Below are positions 11,646-25,212 of a DNA stretch of 64,000 nt, one piece after another. The translations under genes and the position numbers were made by a program. The stretch is taken from positions 33,046,001-33,110,000 of the forward strand of contig CM119373.1 of assembly GCA_051294905.1 (NCBI GenBank). The letters are read 5' to 3'. This DNA is from Botryllus schlosseri. Lineage: Eukaryota. Each line of letters opens with the position of its first letter. Position 1 is the first letter of the stretch. Below the pieces are notes generated by a model. That model had not been told where the DNA came from. It searched no databases and saw only the letters and a program-made list of their open reading frames with translations.

Positions 11646-11811
11646 TTATTGAAAGGTATTTGCTCATCAGCTTGGTAACTTTTTCATCCAAAATCAGCCC
11701 GTACAAAAGTTGTCTTGTCAGCTCCATTCTACTGTCGTTCAGTTGGGTTGCAACGAATTTCTCGACTTCCTCTCTCGTTAGAGTCGTGACGTGTAACGCG
11801 CAGCAAAACTC
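11646..11811 (-). CDS. NLR-like gene: exon following the NACHT exon (winged-helix/HD2 region)
   Basis: Acceptor TTTTAG|GAG, donor AA|GTACGC, 166 nt, phase 0 to 1. Open: EFCCALHVTTLTREEVEKFVATQLNDSRMELTRQLLYGLILDEKVTKLMSKYLSI. Completes the F.H.T.QE motif begun in the upstream exon (FAHQTMQ|EF) and contains the typical R.E....L.GL. Confidence 0.85.
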
Positions 11812-12798
11812 CTAAAATGCACCGTCTTTATATTATACAGTTACAGAAATCTATTCTGGAGGAAAAAGATTTTCTGGTTTCACTACGTTTCATGGCATCA
11901 GTGTGGATAGGGTTGTATTTACAACAAATATTGTTTTTAAACCATTTGTTCGAAACATGTTTTGAACAGTGTTTTAATAAAAATGCCTTTCAAAATAAAT
12001 TGTGTTTATGTCAAAATTGTGTAACGATTTTCGAAAAAACATGTAGTATGAGCCTACGGACGATTTGCGTCCGATAAAATCGACGTATGCTAAATGGTAT
12101 GGTTGTAACCCACGAAAACAAGAAAAACACGTTTTGAGCCAGTTCCTTTAAAATGCAACCTTACGTGTAGGTATATATATTAGGTAGAAGTGCAGTGATT
12201 CTTGACTCGAGGGGTAATTCTAATAAACATTTTTTGCAAACTTATAGATACGTACAATGCTGCACTGAAATATTTTCAAACGAAAATATGAATGTGGGCT
12301 AACATAAATTTTTGCGAGCTTGTTTCACTCAACACACCATGATGTCATAGTAACCACTACTGATTATAAATAACAGGGTCGAATGTAGTTTAGTATAGTG
12401 ATAGGTAAGTCCAATTTATTTTGCAGTAGTGCGGATCATATATTGTTACGCATGCTAGCAAATGGAAAGACAACCAGGGGAGTCTTAAGCTCAGCTTTAC
12501 ACCTATAATGCAATTATAATATCATAGAAATATAGTTGTTCGTATTGAAAAGTGAAGTGGTCTAGTCTAGTCAGAAAATCTGACATCATCAAAAGGCCTT
12601 CGAAGCAATGAGAGGGAGATATTGGAAACATTTTAGGTTCGCCTTCAAACTGAGTAACCAATCTTCGCCATAATGCCGTTTGGACTTTCTGATTGAATTT
12701 CCTTAACTTATCGCTGTGAAATAGTATTTTCTGCAATGGTATCTATCAAAACGAAATATCGAAATATGTTTGCGATTGACAATTACATGAGATGCTGA

Positions 12799-13287
12799 CA
12801 GAGGTGGACAAAGTAGTCAAGAAGGCTACTCAAGTAGAAGTAGAAGTAGCGACGAAAAAATCTACTCGCCATGGACTGTTAGATTACGATATGATAAGTA
12901 GATGCTGAACATCACTTTCAAACGTTATGATGAGCCATATATACTGTGGTGAAATATTTCATATGGACGACGGGCGACAATGCAGTGTGAACGCCAACCA
13001 GCTACTTAAATTATATTCACCGATACTTTCGTGAAATCATACTGGTTACTCCGTATCTACTGAGCGCGAAGCGCGACGAAAATTTTGGGCTTTAATAAAC
13101 TTTTATGAAAACTAAATGTTGATACTCCGTGAAAACAGCCCCGAAATTCCTCAGGCTATCTTCCTGATCTGAGCATTAAACTACTTCTACTTGACAAACT
13201 GAAAATAGCGAGAAGTAAGTAAGTACATCACAAAATATTACGAAGTAAAAGTAGAAGTAGCGAAAATCAGATCTACTTGATCCACTG
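12799..13287. mobile_element. Probable MITE with AGTAG subterminal repeats; related pieces near 358-870, 9590-9691, 57050-57200 and 62630-63065
   Basis: CAGAGGTGG-type left end, AGTAGAAGTAG arrays at both ends, imperfect TIR. No TSD confirmed. Confidence 0.5.
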
Positions 13288-14475
13288 GATAACGCAAAAA
13301 CAGCATCAGCCTTCCCAGTGACTTGATATTTTTAACAGGAATGTCAGTGCACATTATGACGTCACTTTGTGTTGGTTTACAATTGAGTGCAAGGTGTAAT
13401 TTTTTATTTTTTGGGATGTTAAAATAATAAGCGTACTACACTTAGTAGGAATAATGTTAGCCGTTACTCCTGACTACTGCCTTGACATGTAATGGCCCAG
13501 ACACTGCCAAGAACAAGTCGCTTATAAAACGACTTGGGGCTTCCACACAAGATCAAGTTTTACTGGGATATAGTTTTCAAGCACTACCGTGTCTAGCTAA
13601 CCCCAATATATATTCTTTATCCGCTGAAAAGTGTTGTAAGGAATTGTGCGCCGCTCATGGTAAAAAATATAATGAAAGTGATGAAAGTAATATTTTTGTT
13701 GGATTTATATTTCTTTAATAATACATCATTTCTATTATGGTAACTACGACCGTCGCTCATGTAAGAGAGCACAGCGTTGTTCATTGCAGTCTACCTGTAC
13801 GTGGTTGTTTATATATGTGGCCTTTTTTATCTCGATATTGAATTCATTCGGCACGTGGCCTCCACGGAATTTGAAAAATGGCCCGTGACCCGTTTTGAGT
13901 TGGCGAACCCTGATATAGATAGTAGAAAACACGCTCAGTGGGTGATATGAGAGACTCTTGCCCCAGGAATGTATGGGGACAATGAAGAAAAGGGCATAGC
14001 AGTATATGGTGTAGTAGGTACAAATGATTAATGATAATATAGTTAGTAGAACAATAGTTTTATCTGACCCTGAATTCTCATTGCAAATTACCAGCCGATA
14101 GAATTTGACAAATCCTGAAAGTTATCGTTGCGCTGCGCGAGAATAGATATCTGCGGCTTTTGCAACGCGTATCCATGAATGCAGTGGTTCATTATAATTC
14201 ATGTAAAATGAATTGTGCGTACTTTTACATCGGCAATTCCCCGCTAAAACAGTCCCGTCACGCAAGTTTGTGTTATTTTCCACAAAATATTTCCAAAGAG
14301 GTATGGTATCCAGCAGCGTCGAAATCGAAAAGATATTGTGTCACTTTGAGAGTGCGAGTCATTTGTGCATTAGAAATGCTTCGATGTTTTTTTCGCCAAA
14401 ATGAATAACTAAATATACGTGAATTTGAAAGCCACAAAATTAAATCGTCCTAATATTTATTCATCGTATCATAAG

Positions 14476-15354
14476 TAGGGCAATTTTTTTTGACATGTCA
14501 AAAAAAGTCAAAATTAGGTCAAAATTGTAGCGTTAGGTCAAAATTTGTCAAAATTGTTTACAAAGTCAAACATTTTTTGACCTCTGCATTTCGTTTGTAT
14601 CGTAGATTTTGCGCTGTCGGTGAACTTAACATTTGATATTTTACAGCTTGTAGCCTACTTTATAAGCCTACCGTTGTAAACGGACCATCGTCTGCTCATT
14701 GTGAATCATAAATGGTCAAATGAAACAAATAGTGACATGGTTTTATGGTCAACGTGCCGCAATATCCTAGCTGAAGCAAGACTGCTTGGACATTGCATGG
14801 TTCTTATATCAAGAAGTGCAAGCTGAAAAATTGTGATATAGACAACATTGTCAGAATGAAGCAACACGGTTTGTCACCAGCAGTGTGCACACAACTTGAG
14901 TGTTGTCAGCCAACAAATGCTGCTGTTGAACGTTCTTTCTCCGTTCTTGGCAAGCTACGTAGTAAGGACAGACACTTTCTACCCGAGAATGTAGGAAAGG
15001 ATCTTTCGTTGTACTAGAACAAATTTTAATTATTTCCACCAGAATACGTAATGTAACTACTGGAATTCTTCATAGGGCCAGATTTCGTTAAAATACCAGT
15101 TTTTCATGTAAAAATCTGTCAGTTTTTGAGCCAAAAACGTTTTTTCAGGCCAATCTACTTTGTAAGGACAGACATTTCCAACCAGAAATGAAGATAAGTA
15201 GTACAATTTTAACATTATATGCGAAAACACCTAATTTGCATACGTGAGGTCAAAATTTGGTCAAATTTCAGTTTTTTTAGGTCAAAAAAGGTCAAAATTT
15301 AGATTTTTTAGGTCAAAATCTTCCGTTTTTTAGGTCAAAAAAAAAATTTCCCTA
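14476..15354 (+). mobile_element. Internally deleted hAT element carrying the transposase C-terminus
   Basis: TIR TAGGG(C/A)AATTTTTTTT. Perfect TSD ATCATAAG at 14468-14475 and 15355-15362. GGTCAAAA subterminal arrays. ORF 14793-15017 has the hAT dimerisation-type motif CQPTNAAVERSFS. Confidence 0.9.
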
Positions 15355-16369
15355 ATCATAAGGGATGACACTGTTCCGTGTTGGGACTCACAACGTCACA
15401 TGAATGGTAGGCCAATATAATTTTGTTTGCTTTGTTTCGAATAAATTCGTGCTAAAGTTAATAACTTGGTACAGTACCTCATTCAATGCGGGCAAATATC
15501 CCTACCAAATTTTCAGTTGATTTACTAGTCACACAAGCAAGGAAACAAAATCCAATAAATTGAACGAAATGATTTTTTGTGTTTGTTCTTTTTGTCTTCG
15601 CAGATCCCGGCCCGCTGACCCCGCCTCACATACACACACTGTGCCACGACAGACCAAAGACATATGAACGTTAAGGCCGTGTAACATGCGACTCAGTCAA
15701 GTTTGCCAGAACGATCTGCAGTGAGGAAACGTTGGCCTAAAAGGACTGCCCTTATGCTGACCGAAAACTTCAGTGTATATAAATATAAGTTTAAAAGTTC
15801 ATAAGCGTCTAAATGGCTGGAACCGAATGTTTCTGCCCTGGAAATATGAATTCCACAAGACAAATGCCTACCATCAGCAGAGAAAATTCATTCGCCGGTG
15901 CAAAAATGCCAATTTGAAATCGGGTGCGTCTTTTAGTTTAGCACGTTTGGGCGATTTAATTATCTTTTGACGTAGCTGACATGAGGTCATGAAATAACAT
16001 CATGTAACAAAGTCATTATACCAATGGCTCCACCCGAATATGTTTAAATATTATTTACGGACCTTACGTTTTCTAAGACACCTCACTCAGCTTTTTCGGT
16101 AAATCTGATTACGTGAGAGAAAAATTGATAGCCATATATATTCAATTCCGGGCCTAGACCAACGTTTAGGGGGGGGGCTGACGAAGTGCTGTTTAGGTAC
16201 AGAGTCTAATCTGACCATATATGGCACCAAGATTATTAATACGATTTCTAATGAACGTATAAGGTCTAGCCTAGTCATTTCTATCGATCAGTGCATCTAA
16301 TAGTTATTCTGGAATAGCTCTTATTTATATCACAGGATAAAATGGATTAGTGCAAACAATTTCTTTCCA

Positions 16370-16620
16370 AAACCCCAACAAAAGGTCTCTAAACAGCAAC
16401 ATGTTTGTATCAGCAGGCTATTGGCAATTTGACAATTAAATTGAGTTGCACCGTAGTAGTCCCGATGTTTGACGCCGAACTGCCTTGTGATTTTTCTAAT
16501 TTGAAAAAATGCAAATTAGGTTATCAAACATTAACAAATTTGGAGGTTTCACGGACCCTCTGAAAATGCTTCGCAGACCCCCGGGAGTCCGGGACGTTCA
16601 GGGTGTCCTAAAATTCATAT
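16370..16620. repeat. Dispersed repeat; copies near 40850-41125 and 42785-42900
   Basis: Shared TCTAAACAGCAA.ATGTTTG...TTTGACAATTAAA.TGAGTT...CAAATTAGGTTATCAA...CGGACCC blocks. Boundaries approximate. Confidence 0.65.
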
Positions 16621-18341
16621 GCATCAGAATAATAACTGGAGCTGACTTGAGGTGCACCAAAAATATAAAAATCAAGGAGTTTAGTAGGCATAAATCACAG
16701 TCAATCACTAAATCGTTGGATATCCTGGTGATATTTGAGATCCGAAGCGATAAAGTTCATAGTTGGATTACCAGGAGATGATTTTTGATGGAACAAATAA
16801 ATTATTCGGGATGGTGTGAGCCCAAGAAATGTTTTAGTTAGTGTGAACGCGAACGTTTTTGTAAGTTTCTAAGAGATCGCGACAGTGAACATAAACCCAT
16901 GAGGTCAGGTGTTAATTCGAACCCTAGCATTTCCGGAAATTAACATGTTACTGTAAAACCTACACGATATCTAGCGACGACTCAGGTCACACTATGCCAC
17001 AATGCTGAAGTAAAAGCTGACTTTTTAATTATTGCCAAGAGTATTTACGGCAAAAATCAAATCCTATTATAATTCCTTAAGAACAGTATATCCTGTCGCT
17101 TTGCCAACAAGTTGGACAAGGACTGGCCAGGGGAATACAAACTTACGCCTTAACGACCAAGACCCGACCACATAATGTATTCTTAAGCCGCCAGACTATT
17201 GCTACATTGATATTGATCAGCTTATTGGAGGTACTGAACTTCAATATACAATTGAATAGTATACTCATATTGAAATGAACCCGAATATTTACTATTTGCT
17301 GACGATTACCCCTGACGAGTGTCAGCCGAAAATATTCGGGTTCATTTCTATATGAATATACTATTCAATTGATATTTATCAAAGTGAAATACTGGTCTCT
17401 GGCTACATTTATTACCATAAAATTAGGTTATACAGTAGTCAACACCCAGAATTGCCGCACCCCACAACCCCCCAATTGGAGGGGCGAGCTGAAAGGGGTC
17501 CCAACAATGTTCCCTCTAATTTTTGACGAGTCTGCGCACACTCACCAACTCACTGCGCAGACCTTTGGACAACAGTGCGTGACGACTAAAAACAGGTCAT
17601 CACTTCGGTTTTTTTTTGTGCGCAACATACATTTTCTGTGCTCAGAGACCGTGTAAGCACTGCGCGTTTGGTTCCAAAGTTGATTCGTAAATTAACTTAA
17701 ATTTATAGACTATTTTCTTGAATATTTATAGCACTATTTTCAAATTTTCTTCACGATTGGCGCGATTTGTTGCCGCTAGCTGTATTGATATTAATATGGG
17801 TAGACTACTCTCCACCAAGAAAAAAACGCATAATTTATAGCGATAAGCGTTTCGCCGTCTCTCATTACCGCCTGACGACACAGCAAGACGTTGACAATCC
17901 CGTTTTGGGTACCGTATTTTGGAAATCTGAAAAAAGGACAATTTTTCAAAATTTTCAAATTCGCATAATAAGAGAAAAGTCGCGAAAAAATGGTAAATTT
18001 TTCCCACATCGTGGTCAGTCGACTAATGAAAAAATAGTCAACTTCCTCGATCAGCACCCAAAATACAGGTTCTTGTTCACACCTTGCGTTTTATGAAGCT
18101 CGCATTCAATGGAAATGAAATGTTTCTGGACAAAGTCGGAAAGTAGGATCCATAATTTTAGGTTCGTGTGCATATTTTTATCGGCGAACACAAAAAAAAA
18201 TGGTGTCACAATAGTTTTCTTGGCGCAATATAATCGGGATTTTGCCAGGCTATCGAGACGCACAAAAAAATTGCTTCATAAGGTTTGTGGAATACTGCCC
18301 ACGTCTACATATTGGTTCAAAAACGTTAGAATAACACTGAC

Positions 18342-19483
18342 CTGCATCGTCTGGTGAGCGAACTGGGAGGATGTGTCGATTGATGTCACGGTATCGAGAT
18401 CATCATCGGGGTCGACCCCTGTAGACAAGAAGTCATCCAACACTTTTGGATCGATTCCCAGACTGCCCAAATAGCTGTGCGGGAAAACGAAAATATTTTC
18501 CCGCATTGCGTTATATGCAAGCTTTGTAATGTCACGAAAATGCTTTCCGGATGATGGGCTAATAAATTTGCGGAAAAACGCTGACATGAGACCTGAAAGG
18601 CTATCGGGTAGGGTATTGTGATTCTTTTTAAAGATTTTCGTCATATAGTTGAGAAACATGGGGTTTCGACACAAAGACAGTATTTCCGGTGAAGTATGTT
18701 CGAGTTGGGTGAACATCAAATCGCCGTCAATTGATTGAGAGAACGCGATGTCTTTCACGTTTTCATCGTCTAGTCCTCTCAATCCTACTACTTTGTCGGG
18801 TTTCTGATCAGCCTTTATGTTCCAGTAGGTGTTCCAACGCGATGTGGTGAGGACGCGAGCATCACCCCATATTCTGCCAGACATGATGTTAGCGATGATG
18901 TCATTGGCTTTTGCAAGAGTGATTGCACTCACGTGCGGGTACATTTCTTCGCCGAATTCTTCTAAACATTGATCGAGACCGTCGATTGTTATTAAAAGCT
19001 TGGATGAATTATTTTGTAACCATTCTGCACCAGCCTCTTGCTCGCGGGGACTCAACTTAGTCTCGGGATCGTGATGCATTTTTTCCGTGAATAACAAACG
19101 AAAAGCTGTGGTAGTGCTACGAGTTTGAAGCGTAGCGGCAGATACGAAATGAACGACTTGGATATTGTCGAGCGTCTTAACATTGCCATCGGCGACATCC
19201 AAGCTGTATATCTCTGACAGTGTCGACTTTCCCGCACCGGCTTCCCCGAGGATCGTCACATGCTTCGGAGGTTTCTCATTCCAAGGATCGTGAATTTGAT
19301 CGAGGCTGATCGCTTCAAGATCGCGGCCAAATAAACTCTTGCCGTCAACATGACTGGACTGAACCCCCTCTGCACTGGTGCCCTTCATATCTATGATCAT
19401 CATTGTTGGTCGAGCCGAAAGCTTCTGATTAACACGTATCTCTTTTCGCAGATGAATCTTGGTCTTAGCAAGAAATCCCTGTT
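18342..19483 (-). CDS. NLR-like gene: large NACHT NTPase exon (1142 nt)
   Basis: Acceptor TTTTTCAG|AA (phase 1), donor ATGCAG|GTCAGT (phase 0). Walker A ILGEAGAGKST, Walker B LLITIDGLDQ, sensor VLTTSR, LRGL, LCRNPMF, LAY, FAHQTMQ. Fully open. Confidence 0.95.
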
Positions 19484-20324
19484 CTGAAAAATTATAGTAG
19501 TTTGATTAATTTAATGCTTTGCAAAACTGCCCCTGGCGATGCAAGCTACGAAAAATAGATATGATACATCGAGTCACATGTAAATCACGAAAAGATGTCT
19601 TTGCCGATTAAAATAGAAGCATCATTTCGCTCACTATGCGAGGGGGTACGTGTGAAATCTTTTGAAGGCGTGCCAGAGAACAGTAGCACGGTAAAAAAAT
19701 TTCGGGATATCGAACAATTACTTTCAAATATATTCATGTGCAAAGTCCTAATGTCGGTATCTTGGCGATGATTATTTTTCTTCTCTTAGATCAGTGGTTC
19801 TTAACCTTGCCCCCAGCGCCCCCCAGGGGGCGATATGGGGGGCGCTGGGCTCAGGGGGGCGGTATGGGGGGCGCTGGAGAAAAATGGCTTCGCAGTAGAT
19901 GATGTGGTGATAGGACATATCCTTAATTAGTATTCAGAGCAAATTAACACCGAAAACTTCGTTACATATAGCCTTCAAAATACATATAGGTTTAATTGTC
20001 CATGGGCGCCTGAATGACTGACACCGAATGTTCCTGTCTTGGCAATCTGAACCCAAGAAGACGAATTCCATCTGGCAGGGAAAAATTATATGTCAGTGAA
20101 GAAATACCAATCTGAAATCGTGTGCGTCTCTTAGTTTAGTACGATTGGGTGACACGGGATATTCCTGTTGGGCGATATCCCCGTTGAGCGATTCTATATT
20201 TTTTTTGATATTGCAGACAGAGGGTCACGAAATAACATCAAGCAACGAAGTCATACCAACGGGTTCGCCCGCCCGAATATTTTTAATTATTAGTAACGGG
20301 CCCTACAGTTACCAAGAAACCTCA

Positions 20325-20510
20325 CAATGTTCGCTTTAAGTTTTGATGAGTCTGCGCACACTCAAAAACTCACTGCACTGACCCTTGGACAACAGTGCGT
20401 AACGACTAAAAAAAATGTAATAACTCCGGATTTGTTGTGCGCAACGTAGATTTTCTTTGTGCAGAGACCGTGTCAGCACTGCGCACGTGCGCAGCTTAGA
20501 GGGAACATTG
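20325..20510. mobile_element. MITE with CAATGTTCCCTCTA-type TIRs; partial copy at about 17504-17670
   Basis: CAATGTTCGCTTTAA ... TTAGAGGGAACATTG, TGCGCA motifs, imperfect (A/C)ACCTCA duplication. It interrupts another repeat also seen near 16060-16200 and 20900-20960. Confidence 0.75.
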
Positions 20511-21546
20511 CACCTCACTCAGCTCTACCAAATGTGTTTACGTGAGCAGAGAGGATAAAAATTGATCTCAATTTACATGCAATTCCCGATGATATTGACC
20601 AATTCAATCATTAATTAGTGAAATTTTCGCACTTCGCGCGAATAGGCGAGAATAGCTGCCTCGGTAAATGGACACCCATTGTAGATACCAAATAGGCTAT
20701 CAGCAAATAGCGGACAGCCTATAGTGGGGGTCTGGGAGTGAAGTCTCCCGGAAGTTTGGTTTATCACCCGATGTTGGCCAAGGACCAACGTTTTTTGTTG
20801 GGGGGGGGGGGGGGGGGGTGACGAAGTGCTGTTACGGCCCTGGTAACGAATAACGAATAATTGTACCTGCAGGCACGCCTGAATATGTTTAATTATTAAT
20901 TACGTGCCCTTTATTTTCCTATACAACAGCTCACTCAGTGCTACTGGTAAATCTGATTACGTGGGCTGAGAGGATGAAAGTTTATAGCGACTTATATATG
21001 TAATTACCACCTATTCAATCATGCATTATGGAAAATATTGGTACCTAGGGCGCCAGGCCACACAAACTTTTCTGACCATCAAAATCACGATATGGGGTTC
21101 GTGGGGGCGAAGCCCTCAGAAGTTCGGTTTATCACGCTATGGGTGCGCAAGGCAATCGTTTCAGGGGGATTAACGAAGTGCTGTTACGGCCCTCCCTCTT
21201 ACTCATTGTCTTTATTACATTCCTTACAATATGTCATGAGAGTGAAACATGTTCATAGGTAAAACATTTAGTTCCCTGTGATACGCATAACTATTCTACT
21301 GATGTTTTACGCGAAATGTTCTTCCTGTCGCAGCCCTATATAGTTAACCTGACTCCAAACTGGTTACCGTATTGGAAATCGTACGGAAATCTTATTGGGT
21401 TACGATGGCTGTCTCTCAGACGTACCAAATTACGGGCGAAATTAAAATCACACTTTGTAGGATGCACACTATTGATTTTGTCACATAATCGTTTGCCGCG
21501 GGAAAATTCTCTGGGGATCGCAGGTTGCATTACCCCCGCATTGGTT

Positions 21547-21837
21547 TTAAAAGGAAGTAAGAAACACTTTTTTCATGAGGGTACTTAAGTCTAAGGGCGT
21601 GAGTTTAGCAATGTAGAAGCTCTTCCTATAAAGCCATCGACGAGAAGAAATAAACATCTCGAAAGTCGCTCGTAAATGAATAGCTAGGAATGTCTGCCCG
21701 AGAATCAATTCTGAGTAAATGCAAAATGCTTGTATTATCCAGTGCATTCCTAACAAAAGAAATACTTTCACGTAAATAAAAATTCCCCAAGACAGAAAAT
21801 GACGATCGTAAGCCTCATAATAGTCATCATACGACAT
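21547..21837 (-). CDS. Intronic 96-aa hydrophobic ORF; candidate alternative first exon (21837-21585) of the NLR-like gene
   Basis: CAACAATG start context. About 42-residue hydrophobic stretch. A phase-1 GT at 21584 (TTA A|GTACCC) would join the NACHT exon in frame, but the donor is weak. Confidence 0.35.
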   Translation of the reverse strand: MSYDDYYEAYDRHFLSWGIFIYVKVFLLLGMHWIIQAFCIYSELILGQTFLAIHLRATFEMFISSRRWLYRKSFYIAKLTPLDLSTLMKKVFLTSF

Positions 21838-23196
21838 TGTTGAGTTTCAATCCAGTCGCCGGTAGGAAGTTGGTGAAATTTACAACATATATTTATGGAA
21901 GGCTGCTGCATATAACTTCTGACTCAAAATCTTCCCGCCACCGGCGAAACCCGAATGGAGATTTAAATTCATGAACAGAATCCCAACGTCTACGTTTGCG
22001 AACAAAGGGACGTGGAAATATGCACAGTATCGTCGTATCAACGACTGTTTTAAACTATATTTATTTTGCCAATCATCGTAATTTTCCTTACGGGCAGGTT
22101 GCTAACCGCATCATGGATGTATTAATCAGTTTTACTGTGAATAAAGAATATAGTGATACCTATTGCATGTATTGCAGGCATACATATTGAACACGCTGCG
22201 TGTCCGTTGTATAATTGTAATAGCTTGTGAAATATTTCGAAATATTGCTTCTATCCATAGTCTTCGGTATGAGACCGATTTTGAAACTGTTTTGAGTCTT
22301 GCAATGGATACGGTTTTGTATTGTACGCCGTGACTAATATTTCGACAGTGTAGTACCTAATACCTCTGCGTATAGCTTTGCCCGATTTCATCGCTCGCTT
22401 TATGAACCGGTTGCCGTCGTTGTGTATGAATTAAACTGATATTATCAAGCATAGAAGCGGAATGCAAGCCGCGGGTAGAACGGTACAAAGAACTTCATCA
22501 CCATGTACCGTCCACACAATTGCTTTTGCATGTTACATATTGATTGCATAAACCTCATAATCGTCAATTCCCACTCCTTGACAACGTTAAAAATTCGGTG
22601 TAAAAATAGAAAATTCATGTTTAGATATTGACAAATATATACCAATGACAATTTATTTCTGATTGAATCTAATTTGGTAGCATACAGCTAAAATAGCATT
22701 TGAGAAAATGGTTCGTTTCGTCAGACAATAAGCTGCTCTTCTCCAATGCCGGTGCTCTGCTAGCAAACGAAGTCACGAAATTAATGTAGATTAATCTTCT
22801 TTACCCTTGCAACAGGCGGACGACTATTTACAAGCTATAATTTACAATAACCGGCGATACAATTGACCCAATAAAGACTCCATAAATACACAATGACAAT
22901 CGAAAGCTCACAATATTATCTAATCGGTTAAAACTGCTAAGTAAATAAATATGTATATCGCTCGATCAGAGCAAAACGGTGTGTTGAGTGATGTAGAATA
23001 GTAAAGCAATTGCTAAATGGTACAACTTATTTATATTTTATACTGCAATATTTATGACCGGACGTATATACCAAGCATACCGACTTCCCGTAGCCTATAT
23101 TCTGAAGTGCGTGTCGTTTACTACAAAAAGTTGCTAGTGAAAGTCGGCAATATGGAAGTAGCGTAAAATCGATCCTTCATATATATATTAACTTAC

Positions 23197-23268
23197 CTGC
23201 TTCCAGTCTCAGATGCTCTTGATCCACAATATTTTTCGAACTGCCAACAGGATGTGTAGCATGTATTT
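23197..23268 (-). CDS. NLR-like gene: 72-nt linker exon (phase 1-1)
   Basis: TTGTTGCAG|AA ... GCAG|GTAAGT. Open: (E)IHATHPVGSSKNIVDQEHLRLEA. Joins the NACHT exon in frame (G|AA = Glu). Confidence 0.85.
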
Positions 23269-24513
23269 CTGCAACAATTAGAACATTAGGGATTTTATGT
23301 AAAATAGGGTCTTGAAAGAGAGAAGGAATGATATTTTGCAGTCCAAGTATTAGAGCCTCGTGCGACAGCAGCTCAACAGCCTCAATATACTATAACACTC
23401 CCAAGTTGGCGGAACAGCACTTGAATATGTTTCAAGATTCTTTGCAAATTGAACAATAGATTTCTTTTGAAAACGTATGAAATAATTCATTCAGGTACGG
23501 CACATTCGATATCTATGGATTAATTTGGTTCGGAGTTTAATATTATACATATACTGTAAAAGTAGTATCGCTCGTTACAGAATCGTGACGACACGCGAAT
23601 GTCTATGCCCGTATGGCAGCACACCGTCGTGGGTACGAAATATCAGTTGAAAGTTCATGACGGGATCTTCCTTCGATACACTCTCAATCCATCTACTAAA
23701 TCGACAATCCATTCATGACTTCAGAAAATCCGAATCAGCTGTAGAGGAGATGTATTACCAATGAGACAGTGGCACCGAAAATACTTAAAAATTCTTTGTG
23801 ATAATTCCATGATTACAGTACGCGAATTTGTCTGCAATTACATGCTGGCAGAACCTTTCCTCACATGCAATAAACTTTGATCTGCGCGAGTTATGGGGTC
23901 TGTGACAGATGATTTATGTTTGTTTTTTTTTTTTTTTTTTTTTGGGGGGGGGGGGGTGTAAAATAAATTCGGATCGACGTGTAATTTTTTTTTTATATCA
24001 CCTTCCACGCTAACAAACCAGCCATGATTTTTAATGTGAAGTGTAGGTCTTGTATCATGGTATGTATTGCCACATATGTTTAATCCAATACCATCATTGA
24101 GTGGACTATTTTTGATTCAATTGCAATATTCATAGGGTGGGGGCCTGTAGTACCATAGCCTAATCAAGCAAAATAGTTGGACTAACTAATCACTTGGCAA
24201 CAGAACCACGCCCACATATATGGCTGCAAATCATAGTTAGCTGTGGTCTTTTATCACTATAACGAGGTATTTGAAAGTCAAAATGTCGATTTACGGACAA
24301 TATGTATGTGCCATTAATTTGGTATGTTTGGGCGTAAATCGAAACGTGATTTTACGCCAACAGTTGAGCTGATGTAATTTATTTTAGTCTTGAAGGTACA
24401 TTCTTTATTGACTAGCGGTAGCTTAGATTATAGTACACAACAACACAATATGAAAATTCTAGTTTTTGAGCGTATGTCTCATAGATCCCATGGTCGTGTG
24501 CCGTTGGACCCAC

Positions 24514-24727
24514 CGGGTGGGGACCGATGATACGTTCGTATGACAAATTTTAAAGGTTCATAAACATTATTTTGAACAGGCATATATTCATTTATATGCT
24601 GTCTGCGATAGATATAGCTTGGATCAAAGTGTGGAGTCAGCAAAGTATCTGCTATTATTCTCGGCTGAATATTTGAGGACCAGAGATCATTTTGAAATTT
24701 CTGATCCATCGGTACCACATCTCCCCA
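24514..24727 (-). CDS. NLR-like gene: exon of about 70 aa, possibly a death-fold (CARD/DD)-like helical domain
   Basis: Open frame WGDVVPMDQKFQNDLWSSNIQPRIIADTLLTPHFDPSY...LKFVIRTYHRSPP. Donor CCG|GTGGGT is phase 1 and matches the next exon. Acceptor is ambiguous (24727 phase 0 or 24720 phase 1). The domain call is weak. Confidence 0.55.
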
Positions 24728-25057
24728 CTAACTATATAGGTTATATATATTAAATGGAACTCAAACTGACTTTAGACACTAATAGTGTAGCGTTTATTAA
24801 CCTTTTTAGCGCTCCTACCGCTTAAGCTTTCAATAAAATTCTTCGTACCGCCTGTCTCTTTTCTTCACCATTCTTCGTACGGGCCATTTCATAACTACCT
24901 TTCACAATGTTTACGCACGATTCGCAAACACCCAATATTTCCGTGTCGAGTATAGCGCAGGATTACGCAATTCACGAATGAGCCTTATTGTTCTCTATCA
25001 GCCTACCAGCTATTGGTTGTCTTAGGTGCGCAAAGCCAGAATTTATTTTGTAGTTAT

Positions 25058-25212
25058 TTGTTGTTGTTTGTGGTATTCGCGGTGTTTGTCGACTACTATG
25101 GTCATTTACAACAGGCCGATATTTTTCATTTTTATTCCGTAACTGCCGACTTATAGCGTGGCCCACTTCTAGGCTTTTTGTAAGACACCGCTTACGCGGA
25201 TGAGGTGGTTTG
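25058..25212 (-). mobile_element. 5'-truncated copy of the tRNA-derived SINE
   Basis: Matches the 3' half of 36736-37018 and ends in a (CAA)n/CAAA tail. Confidence 0.8.

Noticed and set aside
12503-12736. 77-aa minus-strand ORF between the NACHT exon and the 11811 exon
   Set aside because: No convincing splice sites, and the flanking exons already join to complete the HQTMQEF motif.
15604-15674. Strong plus-strand acceptor followed by DPGPLTPPH...stop
   Set aside because: No upstream partner exon or recognisable domain; it is antisense within the NLR intron.
23923-23956. T22-G12 homopolymer junction
   Set aside because: Simple sequence with no TSD or element attached; its length may be a sequencing artefact.
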